Below, piece by piece: positions 9,551-18,303 of a stretch of 43,738 nucleotides of DNA. The stretch's first letter is position 1. Each line of letters starts with the position of its first letter. The stretch spans positions 1 through 43,738 of the forward strand of contig JBDRFD010000029.1 of assembly GCA_043819035.1 (NCBI GenBank), in the 5' to 3' direction. The translations under genes were made by a program, and so were the position numbers. This DNA comes from Patescibacteria group bacterium. Lineage in GTDB: Bacteria; Patescibacteriota; Gracilibacteria; Peribacterales; Peribacteraceae. Below the pieces are notes generated by a model. The model did no database searches. It worked only from the letters and a program-made list of their open reading frames with translations, and was not told where the DNA came from.

Positions 9551-11239
9551 ATGATGGCATCTCTTCCTTCGCAGGCAGCCCGAACAATGCGATGCGTCAT
9601 ACGGATGACACTTGTTATCGTACTGTTCGCACTGTCAATTTCCGCTTTCGCTGATGATACTGCCGTTGATAGCTTATGTAAGGGCGGAGAAGATGAGGCT
9701 GTGGAGGCGATCCTGAATTCCGTAACTCCCGTTTCCGCACACTTTACACAGAAAGTGCTCGACCGGGCGGAAAAGGGAATCGAGGAGGCATTCAGCCATA
9801 CTCAGACTTTCAATGACAAAGATTTTATGTCATGGGCAGAGCATACATTCCAGGCCTTCTCCGCAATTATCGATACCAAGTTGCGCCTGATCTATCAGGA
9901 ACGAGACTTAAGAGAAAATACAAGCTGCCTGCATATCGATCTTCTGCTGATCGAGACGATGATGGAAAAAGTTCGTTGCAAGATTCAGTTCGCGTTCGAA
10001 AAGAAGCAGCATGTCACCATCCTCCAACTCAAAGACATCATCATCTTCCTGAATGAATCGTATAACGATCTTTCGGAGGGTGCGCGGCACAACGCGTATG
10101 TGGCTTCGGGTTACCCGCAGAGCCGATCATTTGATGCCGATCCGGCCTGGTGCTGCCGTGACGGAAAGATGTGTGAATTATTCTACGAGCCGGGAGAGTG
10201 CGGCGGGAACAAAGAGGAAACCGTGTACTCATGCATGATTGAGACTGATTGCGGCTCCATGAAGCTTTGCCCTTTTCATTCGGACTATCTTCCCCCGTCT
10301 TCTTTCGGAAGCGGAGGGACTGTATTTGGGTACGGGTGTGATCTTGGAATCATCAGCCGCTACAGTTCCATCAGCGCTCCGGACTCTAAAATCGGAGATG
10401 CAATAAACGCGGAGGTAAAAGCCATGCGGGAATTAATCAATGAACGTGACAAATTTATTACGGACTCCATGCACCTAAAAGAAGACGCAACTAATCTTGA
10501 TCTCTGGATGGGAAGGGCTCCTTCTCCGAGACTTGAGTATTTTGGTATGACAGTCGACTCCCAACGTGAGCACTACACTGTCTTCGGATGCAGCGAAAGC
10601 CCATATGCATGGTCAGCTCCAATCTCGGACGAAGAAGAGGAAGAAGGAACCGACAGAACTCCGGACAGCCTCTGGCCGCCCATCTGGCCCGCCGGCGCAA
10701 TCCGGTGGCCGACATATGGAGCGTTCTCTTTTAATCGAAATGAGCTGCAGCTAATGAAGGAATATAGAAAGCTTCGCGAGGAATGGGGGAAGAGGAGGCC
10801 GCTCGCTTATGAGCTTCCTGATCAGTTTGGCTTCTACTTTTTCCTCCAGCTCTACTTCAGAGGGCAATTCAAGCTTTGGGACATATATCAAGAGCGCCTC
10901 ACAAGCACTATCGTCGCGCACGCAACCGATGTTCCCCGCCGCATAATCGCCGAGCTTACTCCACTGCGAGAAGCAGTAGGTGAATTCTCAACGTATGCAT
11001 CTGTTCTGCCGGCTGCCGATAGCGGGGCAGAAGCAAAAGGAGGCATCCGAGGTTTTGCCCGCGGGCTAGCATATTTCCTAAGACGCTCATGTATCACACG
11101 CCCGTGCAACGAGCGTCTCGAGCGCATCCTCAGGGTCGTCCTGCAGGACAAATGTTTCCCGTACACCGGCGGTAACTACAGCGGAAAGGTGTGGGAAGAT
11201 TGCAAGAAGGCAGCTGAGCTCGATGAATTTGCTCCTTGA
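9551..11239 (+). CDS. Secreted/anchored Cys-rich hypothetical protein (562 aa), operon gene 5
   Basis: ATG at 9551 lies 1 nt after the gene 4 stop. The hydrophobic N-terminus is MRCVIRMTLVIVLFALSISAFADD. A Cys cluster reads CCRDGKMCELFYEPGECGG. Confidence 0.75.
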   Translation: MMASLPSQAARTMRCVIRMTLVIVLFALSISAFADDTAVDSLCKGGEDEAVEAILNSVTPVSAHFTQKVLDRAEKGIEEAFSHTQTFNDKDFMSWAEHTFQAFSAIIDTKLRLIYQERDLRENTSCLHIDLLLIETMMEKVRCKIQFAFEKKQHVTILQLKDIIIFLNESYNDLSEGARHNAYVASGYPQSRSFDADPAWCCRDGKMCELFYEPGECGGNKEETVYSCMIETDCGSMKLCPFHSDYLPPSSFGSGGTVFGYGCDLGIISRYSSISAPDSKIGDAINAEVKAMRELINERDKFITDSMHLKEDATNLDLWMGRAPSPRLEYFGMTVDSQREHYTVFGCSESPYAWSAPISDEEEEEGTDRTPDSLWPPIWPAGAIRWPTYGAFSFNRNELQLMKEYRKLREEWGKRRPLAYELPDQFGFYFFLQLYFRGQFKLWDIYQERLTSTIVAHATDVPRRIIAELTPLREAVGEFSTYASVLPAADSGAEAKGGIRGFARGLAYFLRRSCITRPCNERLERILRVVLQDKCFPYTGGNYSGKVWEDCKKAAELDEFAP

Positions 11240-11320
11240 GGAGCCGGAGATTAGGGGTTAGGCCGGAGGCCAGTCGCACATTACTCATCCTCCTAGACCA
11301 AACCCCTAATCTCTGGCTCC
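11240..11320. repeat. Inverted repeat with 20-bp arms (19/20 match) directly after the operon stop
   Basis: GGAGCCGGAGATTAGGGGTT (11240..11259) pairs with AACCCCTAATCTCTGGCTCC (11301..11320). This is a possible operon terminator hairpin. Confidence 0.85.
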
Positions 11321-11360
11321 ACAGAATATCTGGTAGGGGTTTGGCTTAAGAACGACAGTA

Positions 11361-11490
11361 AGGTTATAGGTGTTAGGTTAAATAGGTTTGGGGGATAGGT
11401 GTTTGGGTTGAAAGGTTATTATTAGCAACCTATTCCCTCATTACCTTTTCCCCAAACCCATCACCTATAACCTATAACCCTATCGTAAAT
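11361..11490. repeat. Imperfect long palindrome built from GGTTATAGG / GGTTTGGGG units
   Basis: The left arm reads AGGTTATAGGTGTTAGGT...GGTTTGGGGGATAGGTG. The right arm reads CCCCAAACCCATCACCTATAACCTATAACC. Confidence 0.6.
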
Positions 11491-11564
11491 AGTACTTCAT
11501 ATTTCCCTATAAGCTACCAGCCACAACCTAGTCTGCTAAACTATCACCAACTCCCCTCCTCACT

Positions 11565-12014
11565 ATGAACCTCAAACAGCGCAACTCCTTCACCCGACTC
11601 CGCACACTCCGCCGAGGTTTCACCCTCCTCGAACTAATGATCGTGCTAGGAATATTCGGTATCCTCGCCCTCATCGTTCTGGTTGCAATAAATCCAACCA
11701 AACAACTAAGCGAAGCACGCGGCGCGAACCGTCATGCGTCCGTGAGGGAAATAGAGAACGCTGTCATCCAGTACATCATTGATGGAAATGCGCTCGCAGG
11801 TATCCCCGCGGGAAAAATAAACTCACAGGATATCTGCAGAACAGGAATCTCGGGTGCGTGTTACGAACTCGATGTCCTTTCTCCGACGTATTTAGTCTCA
11901 CTTCCCATCGACCCGGACGAAACGGACCCGGATCTCACGGGTTATCGAATTTACATGCTTGGCAGCTTCATCAAGGTCTGCTCGCCGAGGGTGGACACCG
12001 ATTGTGGGACGTAA
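11565..12014 (+). CDS. Type IV pilin-like / pseudopilin protein with a prepilin N-terminal cleavage-methylation motif
   Basis: RRGFTLLELMIVLGIFGILALIVLVAINP matches the class III signal (G|FTLxE followed by a hydrophobic helix). The C-terminal region contains a Cys pair. Confidence 0.85.
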   Translation: MNLKQRNSFTRLRTLRRGFTLLELMIVLGIFGILALIVLVAINPTKQLSEARGANRHASVREIENAVIQYIIDGNALAGIPAGKINSQDICRTGISGACYELDVLSPTYLVSLPIDPDETDPDLTGYRIYMLGSFIKVCSPRVDTDCGT

Positions 12015-12045
12015 AGAAAGGGTAAAGTGTAAGGGGTAAGGGGAA

Positions 12046-12430
12046 AGGGGAAAGGGAAAATGTCTGAACCGTAGATTACGAACAATGTCTGAATCACGGA
12101 TATTACCTCTCCCCTCGATCCCCTCTCCACAGGAGAGGGGAAGCTCTGTTATTGCAGAAAACAGAGTTTTTACTTGTTAAACGAAGCTCCCCTTCCTCCC
12201 GTGGAGGAAGGGGCCGGGGGATGGAGGTAAAATCCGTGATTCAGACAACGTAAGAAGTTATGACAGAGATAAGTCTGAAACTAGGATTTGAAAGATTATC
12301 GACCTTCGCCTCTTGGCTACTAGGGACAAACTATGCTACGACCGATAAGAAAGGATTAAAGGATTAGCATGATTAATCTAGTTAATCCTTTAATCATGTG
12401 AATCATGGTCCCAGACAATTTGCTATCAGT
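12046..12430. repeat. Non-coding composite of nested palindromes, bounded by a ~70-bp direct duplication of the pilin gene 3' end
   Basis: It contains a family A inverted repeat (12086..12247), family B twin hairpins (12120..12213) and ATTAAAGGATTA...TAATCCTTTAAT (about 12354..12392). It is flanked by 11974..12045 and 12431..12500. Confidence 0.7.
12086..12247. repeat. Family A inverted-repeat element (TGTCTGAATCACGGAT arms)
   Basis: TGTCTGAATCACGGAT (12086..12101) and ATCCGTGATTCAGACA (12232..12247) are a perfect 16-bp inverted repeat, extendable to about 25 bp. Relatives lie at 20704..20820 and 35953..36054. Confidence 0.85.
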
Positions 12431-12599
12431 TCGCCGAGGGTGGACACCGATTGCGGAACGTAAAAAAGAGTAAAGTGTAAGGGGTAAGGGAAAAAGGGTA
12501 AGGGGAAAACGAATTTAATCAAGTTTTCCACTTTCCCTTTTCACTTTTCAGTTTCTTTCCGTTTCCCTTTACCCTTTTCCCCTTTAGAATCAACTCTCT

Positions 12600-15500
12600 A
12601 TGCAGCCCTCCGATTTCGTCCACTTACATTGCCACTCGACATATTCCTTGCTCGAAGCCCTACCAAGCCCTGCAGAGATTGTCGAACGTGCAAAAGAGCT
12701 CAAACAAACGGCCGTGGGAATCGCGGATAAGGGCTACACCTACGGGCTCGTGGAATTCTATAAGGTCGCGAAGGAGCAGGACATCAAGCCGATTTTGGGA
12801 ATGACAACATATGTTGCGGCACGATCGCGCCACGACCGCGAACGCGGGGTGGACTCGAAGCGTTACCCGCTTGTTCTCCTCGCAGAGACACAGGAAGGTT
12901 ACTCCAACCTATTAAAGCTTGCGACATTCGCCGCACTCGAAGGCATGTACTACAAGCCGCGTGTCGACAAAGAGCTTCTCAAAAAATATGGGAAAGGATT
13001 GATCGCACTAAGCGGACCAATCAGCGGTGCAATCCCAAGGGCGGCACTCGCAGAAGATGGAGAAGCACTCACGAAGCTGGCTGAGGAGTATTGGTCATTC
13101 TTCGGCAAAGAGAATCTCTATTTTGAATTGATGGATTTGCCGGAAGTTGCAGGGCAAGCGGAGGTGAATCAACAACTCATTAAATGGGGAAATGAACTCG
13201 ATGTGCCGCTGGTCGCAACATGCAACAGCCACTACTGCCGTCCGGGGGATAGTGAAGCGCACGATGTGCTGCTGTGTATTCAGAAGAACGCGAATGTAAC
13301 TGACCCGAGCCGCTTTTCCATGCGAGACACGGACTTCTCCATGCGCCCGTTTGAAGAGTTGGAGAAAGCTTTCGAGCATGCACCACAGGCTCTGGAAAAT
13401 ACACGTGTGATTGCAGACCGTTGTGACGTCACATTGGAATTTGGAAAGTACCATATCCCCCGCTTCCCTCTCCCAAAAGGGACAACAGAGGAACAAGAGC
13501 TGAAACGGCTCGCCGAAGAAGGCCTGAAGAAACGCTACAGAAAACCCACCAAAGAGCATCGAGAACGTTTGGATTATGAATTGAAAATCATCGAACAAGT
13601 TGGCTTTGCCGGGTACTTCCTGATCGTCTCGGACTTTGTAAACGAAGCAAAGAGCAGAGGGATTACCGTAGGACCGGGGCGAGGATCTGCTGCAGGTTCG
13701 ATCATTGCTTATTGTTTAGGAATAACCGGACTTGATCCGCTCGAACACGGACTTTTCTTCGAACGTTTCCTGAATCCTGAGCGTATCTCGATGCCCGACT
13801 TTGATATCGACTTCGCCGACACGCGCAGAGATGAAGTACTCGAGTACGTTCGCGGGAAATATGGAGAAGATCATGTTGTGCAAATCTGCACCTTTGGAAC
13901 ATTGGCAGCCAGAGCCGCTGTAAAAGACGTCGGTCGTGCGTACGGCGTTCCATTCTTGGAGATGAATACGCTTGTAAAATTCATTCCGGAGCGCCCGGGC
14001 ACCACACTCGCGGAGGCACTGGAAACGAGCGAACTCAAGGCCGCCTACGATAGCAACAAGACGTATAAGCAGATCATTGATACGGCGCTCAAACTTGAAG
14101 GAAAAGCTCGACACGTTTCAGTCCATGCATGCGGCGTGATCATTACCGAAGAGCCGGCAGTGCATAACACCGCCCTTCAGCGCGCGCCAAAAGATGACCT
14201 GACGATAATCACACAAACCGCTGCCAAACCATTGGAAGCGTTGGGCTTGCTGAAAATGGACTTCCTGGGGCTGATGAACCTCACAGTAATCCAGACAACA
14301 CTTAAAATTATCGAACGAATCGATAAGAAAAAACTTGATATTTCTTCCATCCCCCTCGACGACAAAAAAACCTACGCGCTTTTGCAGCGCGGCGATACAA
14401 CCGGCGTCTTCCAGTTGGAATCCGGAGGAATGCGCCGGTACTTAAAGCAACTCAAACCAACGGAGTTCGAGGATATCACCGCGATGATCTCACTCTTCCG
14501 CCCGGGCCCCATGGAATGGATACCCAGCTTCATCAAACGCAAGCACGGCAAAGAGGAAGTGAAGTACATACACAAAGATCTGGAGCCGATCCTCAAGCCC
14601 ACACATGGTATCGGAGTTTATCAGGAGCAAATTCTGCAGATGGCACAGACCTTTGCGGGGTTTAGCCTGGGTGAGGCGGACCTCCTGCGTCGTGCCATCG
14701 GGAAAAAGATAAAAAAGGAGCTCGACGCACAGCGTGAAAAGTTTATTGAGGGTTCCAAAAAACAGGGATATGACGAAAATCTTGCTATCAAGATCTTTGA
14801 CGACGTAGTAATGCCCTTTGCGGGATACGGGTTTAATAAATCACATGCCGCGGGTTATGCGCGCATCTCTTACGAGACCGCTTACCTAAAAGCAAACTAC
14901 CCTGCGGAGTTTATGGCGGCGCTCCTGAGTAGTGACGCGCAGAGAACTGATCGTGTGATGATCGAAATCGAGGAATGCCGCACGATGGGAATGGAGGTGC
15001 TGCCTCCTGACATTAATGAGTCGCTCAGGCACTTTACTGTGGTCCCAGGAACTGACAATCTGACCAAATCAGAAATCAGAAATCAGAAATCACAAAACAT
15101 TCGCTTTGGGCTGACCGCTATTAAAGGTATTGGGGACAGTACCGTTCAACAGGTGATCGCCATCCGTGATGAAGGCGGCAAGTTTGAAAGTATTGAGGAT
15201 TTCGCCAAACGCATTCCCGCAAAGATTCTAAACAAGAAGCTCTTGGAATCGCTCGCGAAGTCAGGTGCGCTCGACTGTTTTGGAGAGCGTCATGTGCTTG
15301 TAGAACACTACGACAGTATCGTGAACTTTGCGAAAGCTTTTGGTGATGTGAGCAGCTCTCAGACCAATCTCTTCGCAGGGATGGACGAAGCGATGACCGC
15401 GCCTACACTTGAATTCCCTGAAACAAAGGAGGCCTCGCTGCAACAGAAACTACAATGGGAAAAGGAAACGCTTGGTCTGTATGTTTCCAGCCACCCGCTC

Positions 15501-16406
15501 GCAGGCCTAAAGAAGTACATAGGCAAGAAGGCGCAGTTGGTCGCCAACCTCACAACGAAAGAAGTCGGTAAGAAGGTGACACTCGCCGGCATTGTGGAAG
15601 GGGTAAAGAAAATTACTACGAAGAAGGGGGAAACAATGGCAATCGTGTTCCTGGAAGATCCGACCGGAAAAATAGAAATCACGCTTTTTCCGCGAACATA
15701 TGCAGAAGCGGCTGAGTTTTTGGAAGAGCCTGATGTTGTCCTTGTCGCAGCCGGAATGCTCGACTACCGCGCAGGCCAGCTCCAGATGCGTGCCAACGCG
15801 GTGAAGAAGGCATCACTTTCCACAATGATTTCTCACGCCAAAGAGCAGGGATTCTTCGATGAGGAAGAGGCCAAAAAAGGAATCTCCTTCGTCAAACCTA
15901 TTCTGGACGAAGAGGAGCAGGTGGAGGTTCTGGATGAGGAAGGCAATGTGGTCGCAGGAGAAACTGTCACAATCAGTGAAGGAAAGGAGGAAGAGGAATA
16001 TTTGGGGCCGTTGGGTTCGTGGATCATCGGAGGAATGGATACTACTGATGTTTTGAAAGTTATTGGATTATATAAAGTCCCGGAATCAGGAATCAGGAAT
16101 CAGGAATCTGAAAATTCCAAGAAACAATCCCCGAATTCCAAATCCCTGATTCCTGATTCCACCCCAAAAACGGAAGAAATAACATCTCCCACCCACATTT
16201 CTATCCACACGATTGAACTCCCCGAGCGCGCACCGAAGAAAATGCTCCTGGATCTTAAAAAGGTTCTCGAAACATTTCCCGGAAAAGAGAAGGTGCAGCT
16301 TAAGATTGGCAAGCAACTCATTCCCCTTCCCATGACCGTTAGTTATTCAACCATTCTGCTCAAGAAGGTCGATGAAGTGATTGAAAAGTATTCCGCTGTT
16401 GCATGA
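12600..16406 (+). CDS. dnaE: DNA polymerase III alpha subunit
   Basis: The PHP-domain start is MQPSDFVHLHCHSTYSLLEA. Other motifs are MPDFDIDF, GLLKMDFLGL, an OB fold (VTLAGIVEGVKKITTKKGETMAIVFLEDPTG) and a C-terminal extension. Confidence 0.97.
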   Translation: MQPSDFVHLHCHSTYSLLEALPSPAEIVERAKELKQTAVGIADKGYTYGLVEFYKVAKEQDIKPILGMTTYVAARSRHDRERGVDSKRYPLVLLAETQEGYSNLLKLATFAALEGMYYKPRVDKELLKKYGKGLIALSGPISGAIPRAALAEDGEALTKLAEEYWSFFGKENLYFELMDLPEVAGQAEVNQQLIKWGNELDVPLVATCNSHYCRPGDSEAHDVLLCIQKNANVTDPSRFSMRDTDFSMRPFEELEKAFEHAPQALENTRVIADRCDVTLEFGKYHIPRFPLPKGTTEEQELKRLAEEGLKKRYRKPTKEHRERLDYELKIIEQVGFAGYFLIVSDFVNEAKSRGITVGPGRGSAAGSIIAYCLGITGLDPLEHGLFFERFLNPERISMPDFDIDFADTRRDEVLEYVRGKYGEDHVVQICTFGTLAARAAVKDVGRAYGVPFLEMNTLVKFIPERPGTTLAEALETSELKAAYDSNKTYKQIIDTALKLEGKARHVSVHACGVIITEEPAVHNTALQRAPKDDLTIITQTAAKPLEALGLLKMDFLGLMNLTVIQTTLKIIERIDKKKLDISSIPLDDKKTYALLQRGDTTGVFQLESGGMRRYLKQLKPTEFEDITAMISLFRPGPMEWIPSFIKRKHGKEEVKYIHKDLEPILKPTHGIGVYQEQILQMAQTFAGFSLGEADLLRRAIGKKIKKELDAQREKFIEGSKKQGYDENLAIKIFDDVVMPFAGYGFNKSHAAGYARISYETAYLKANYPAEFMAALLSSDAQRTDRVMIEIEECRTMGMEVLPPDINESLRHFTVVPGTDNLTKSEIRNQKSQNIRFGLTAIKGIGDSTVQQVIAIRDEGGKFESIEDFAKRIPAKILNKKLLESLAKSGALDCFGERHVLVEHYDSIVNFAKAFGDVSSSQTNLFAGMDEAMTAPTLEFPETKEASLQQKLQWEKETLGLYVSSHPLAGLKKYIGKKAQLVANLTTKEVGKKVTLAGIVEGVKKITTKKGETMAIVFLEDPTGKIEITLFPRTYAEAAEFLEEPDVVLVAAGMLDYRAGQLQMRANAVKKASLSTMISHAKEQGFFDEEEAKKGISFVKPILDEEEQVEVLDEEGNVVAGETVTISEGKEEEEYLGPLGSWIIGGMDTTDVLKVIGLYKVPESGIRNQESENSKKQSPNSKSLIPDSTPKTEEITSPTHISIHTIELPERAPKKMLLDLKKVLETFPGKEKVQLKIGKQLIPLPMTVSYSTILLKKVDEVIEKYSAVA

Positions 16407-16508
16407 TATATACTATCTATGAAATGGTTGGACGGTTCTAAAGTGGCAACAAGCCTGAGAATCGCTTGCGAGCCATCCAGCCATCCAACTATCCAGCCAT
16501 CCAACCAC

Positions 16509-17096
16509 ATGCAGATCCTCACTCCATCAGAAGCGGCCATAAACGTTGCCCTCCAAACCCTCGAAGATGGCGGAATAGTCGCACACGCGACAGAAACCTG
16601 CTACGGCCTTGCCTGTGATATGACAAATCCGGAAGCAGTCGAAAAGCTCTTTCTCATTAAAGAGCGAAATCCAAACCAGCCCATAAGCGCACTCTTCCCC
16701 ACTGTCGAAGCAACCGAAGGGTGGGTGGAGTGGAACGATGAAGCACGTGAGCTTGCAGCCAAGGAACTCCCCGGCCCTCTCACCATTGTTCTACCATGTA
16801 TTAAAGAAGAAATCTTCCCCACATCACCACTCCATTATTCCACCACGCTCGGCATCCGTGTTTCCTCTCATCCAATTGCTAAAGAACTTTCTGAAAAGTT
16901 TGGTAAGCCCATCAGTACCACTTCAGCCAATGTTTCCGGAGAACCATGTTCTTACAGTGCAGAAAATATTATCGGACAGTTCAAAGACAAAGAGCATAAA
17001 CCAGACCTTATTTTGGATAGCGGGCAGCTGGAAGAGAGATCTCCTTCGAAGGTTGTGTCGTTTATAAAAGATGAACCGCAGGTGTTGCGGTATTGA
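16509..17096 (+). CDS. tsaC: L-threonylcarbamoyladenylate synthase (Sua5/YrdC/TsaC family)
   Basis: YrdC-type motifs are VAHATETCYGLACD, GPLTIVLP and SANVSGEP. I moved the start to ATG 16509 because the 30 upstream codons of the track ORF are encoded by an 8-mer tandem repeat. Confidence 0.85.
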   Translation: MQILTPSEAAINVALQTLEDGGIVAHATETCYGLACDMTNPEAVEKLFLIKERNPNQPISALFPTVEATEGWVEWNDEARELAAKELPGPLTIVLPCIKEEIFPTSPLHYSTTLGIRVSSHPIAKELSEKFGKPISTTSANVSGEPCSYSAENIIGQFKDKEHKPDLILDSGQLEERSPSKVVSFIKDEPQVLRY

Positions 17097-17135
17097 GAAA
17101 TAGTAGTAAACTGATCGTCCTATTCTCCATTCATT

Positions 17136-17447
17136 ATGACTAGAATTGATACTAGCTCCATGGTCTCACATTGGTTGGATACCACAAATCGAACTGGAGC
17201 AACTGTTTTGGCTTCAATGAACGGATTACCGCCTGAAACTCAACTCCTAATGATGCAAAAACTTGCCGAGATGCGAGCAGGAACCCATTTGTTGGCCTCA
17301 AAAGCTTTCAGTATGGATGCCTTCCTGCACGAAATGGATCAGGAACTTCTCAGAAGAACGAGAGAACATTATCATCCAAATCCACTTCCTAAAGAAATTG
17401 AAGAAATCTTTCGTAGAAAAGGAGATCCAGACTCAGGCGAAAATTAA
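17136..17447 (+). CDS. Hypothetical protein (103 aa)
   Basis: ORF only, with no recognisable motif. Its composition is plausible for coding sequence. Confidence 0.45.
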   Translation: MTRIDTSSMVSHWLDTTNRTGATVLASMNGLPPETQLLMMQKLAEMRAGTHLLASKAFSMDAFLHEMDQELLRRTREHYHPNPLPKEIEEIFRRKGDPDSGEN

Positions 17448-17458
17448 ACATATAATAA

Positions 17459-17489
17459 ACGCAGCTGCGACGCGGCGTCGCAGCTGCGT
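17459..17489 (+). terminator. GC-rich near-perfect palindrome with 15-bp arms; possible terminator or a mobile-element end relic
   Basis: ACGCAGCTGCGACGC-G-GCGTCGCAGCTGCGT lies 12 nt after the stop at 17447. No T-run follows it. Confidence 0.4.
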
Positions 17490-17655
17490 ACTGGAACCGG
17501 AGAAATTCAATTCCATTCTCATGGACTGGCTGGTCTGGTACAACTGTGAAAGGCCACATTATGCTCATAAACTGGAAACCCCACTCCAATTTCTGTTATC
17601 CTTCTCCAAGACCCAGCAGGAGTGCAATTACAGGTGGACCGATACATACACTTGA
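17488..17655 (+). pseudogene. C-terminal remnant (about 55 codons) of a DDE integrase-type (rve) transposase
   Basis: The translation ...FNSILMDWLVWYNCERPHYAHKLETPLQFL... matches the conserved W-YN-x-RPH-x-L-x-TP tail of IS3/IS481-type transposases. No catalytic core lies upstream. Confidence 0.6.
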
Positions 17656-17680
17656 CTTACAAGTAGGTGTAGTATACGTT

Positions 17681-17962
17681 ATGCTCATGAGTAACCCATT
17701 TGAAGCAGAAAGTTTAACAGAAAAGGCAGCAAGGCAACAGGCACTAAATCATTCCTGCGGAGAGCTTGGCCACCGCATTTCACCATCAGAAGGAATGCAA
17801 CAAGCAGATGGCTCGTGGTTATTTGGTCTTGCTATTGTCGGTTGTGAGCCTGATGAAATGGCGTTAAAACAAATTCCTGGTGCGTCATTGACTGTCCGCC
17901 CGGACGGCCGAATTGATGGGACCACACACGAAGAATTAGTGAAGCTTATTGGAGGCAAATAG
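17681..17962 (+). CDS. Hypothetical protein (93 aa)
   Basis: ORF from ATG 17681 (MLMSNPFEAESLTEKAARQQ...). No recognisable motif. Confidence 0.4.
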   Translation: MLMSNPFEAESLTEKAARQQALNHSCGELGHRISPSEGMQQADGSWLFGLAIVGCEPDEMALKQIPGASLTVRPDGRIDGTTHEELVKLIGGK

Positions 17963-18186
17963 TCTCCCCAATTCATCTTTGAACTCTCTAAAAAGTACTC
18001 GCCTATTCGTGCGAATAGTTCTTTATGAGAATATTGAAACGCATGTGTGAACATTTATACATTCCATACGAAAGGCCCTCTAACAAAATCAACAGGCCAG
18101 TCTATTTCGAGAGACTTCTCCATTCCTCGCCATCATATACTCAGCGCGCTCTGGAACGGGTGCTCCTGAGTGTTAATTGTTAACTG

Positions 18187-18241
18187 CTTGCCGGCCGTAG
18201 CCTTGCTTGCCGGCCATAGCCTTCTTGTCGACCGTAGCTTT
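18187..18241. repeat. Three tandem ~19-bp units, flanked by TGTTAA hexamer runs
   Basis: The units are CTTGCCGGCCGTAGCCTTG, CTTGCCGGCCATAGCCTT and CTTGTCGACCGTAGCTTT. GTTAATTGTTAAC lies to the left and GTTAACTGTTAAATGTTAA to the right. Confidence 0.7.
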
Positions 18242-18303
18242 AGCGGAGGTTGAAGCGACGGCTGGGCGGAGGCTGGTTAACTGTTAAATGTTAATTTATT
18301 CAC

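Noticed and set aside
12017-12600. Possible CRISPR array or other regularly spaced repeats in the GTAAGGG/GAAAGGG-rich region and other repeat clusters
   Set aside because: There is no constant-length repeat alternating with unique spacers. The units are 7-9 nt tandem runs arranged as palindrome arms, and no cas genes are present in the window.
12600-16406. Intein or frameshift in the long (1268 aa) dnaE
   Set aside because: The ORF is continuous. The extra length is explained by short repeat-derived insertions and an acidic C-terminal extension. I found no intein splice motifs (a Cys/Ser block followed by HN-Cys/Ser/Thr).
16419-16508. N-terminal 30 codons of the tsaC track ORF, and the similar extensions for aspS (18863..18925), tnpA (32934..33008), the GlmU-like gene (35875..35964), the RecB-like gene (41528..41584) and 38422..38520
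   Set aside because: The extensions are encoded by palindromic or tandem repeat DNA or begin at non-ATG codons. Conserved family N-termini begin at the internal ATGs.
17263-17655. Intact 130-aa gene at 17263..17655
   Set aside because: The first two-thirds is an out-of-frame read through the 17136..17447 gene and the palindrome. Only the last ~55 codons resemble a transposase tail, so I called it a pseudogene fragment.
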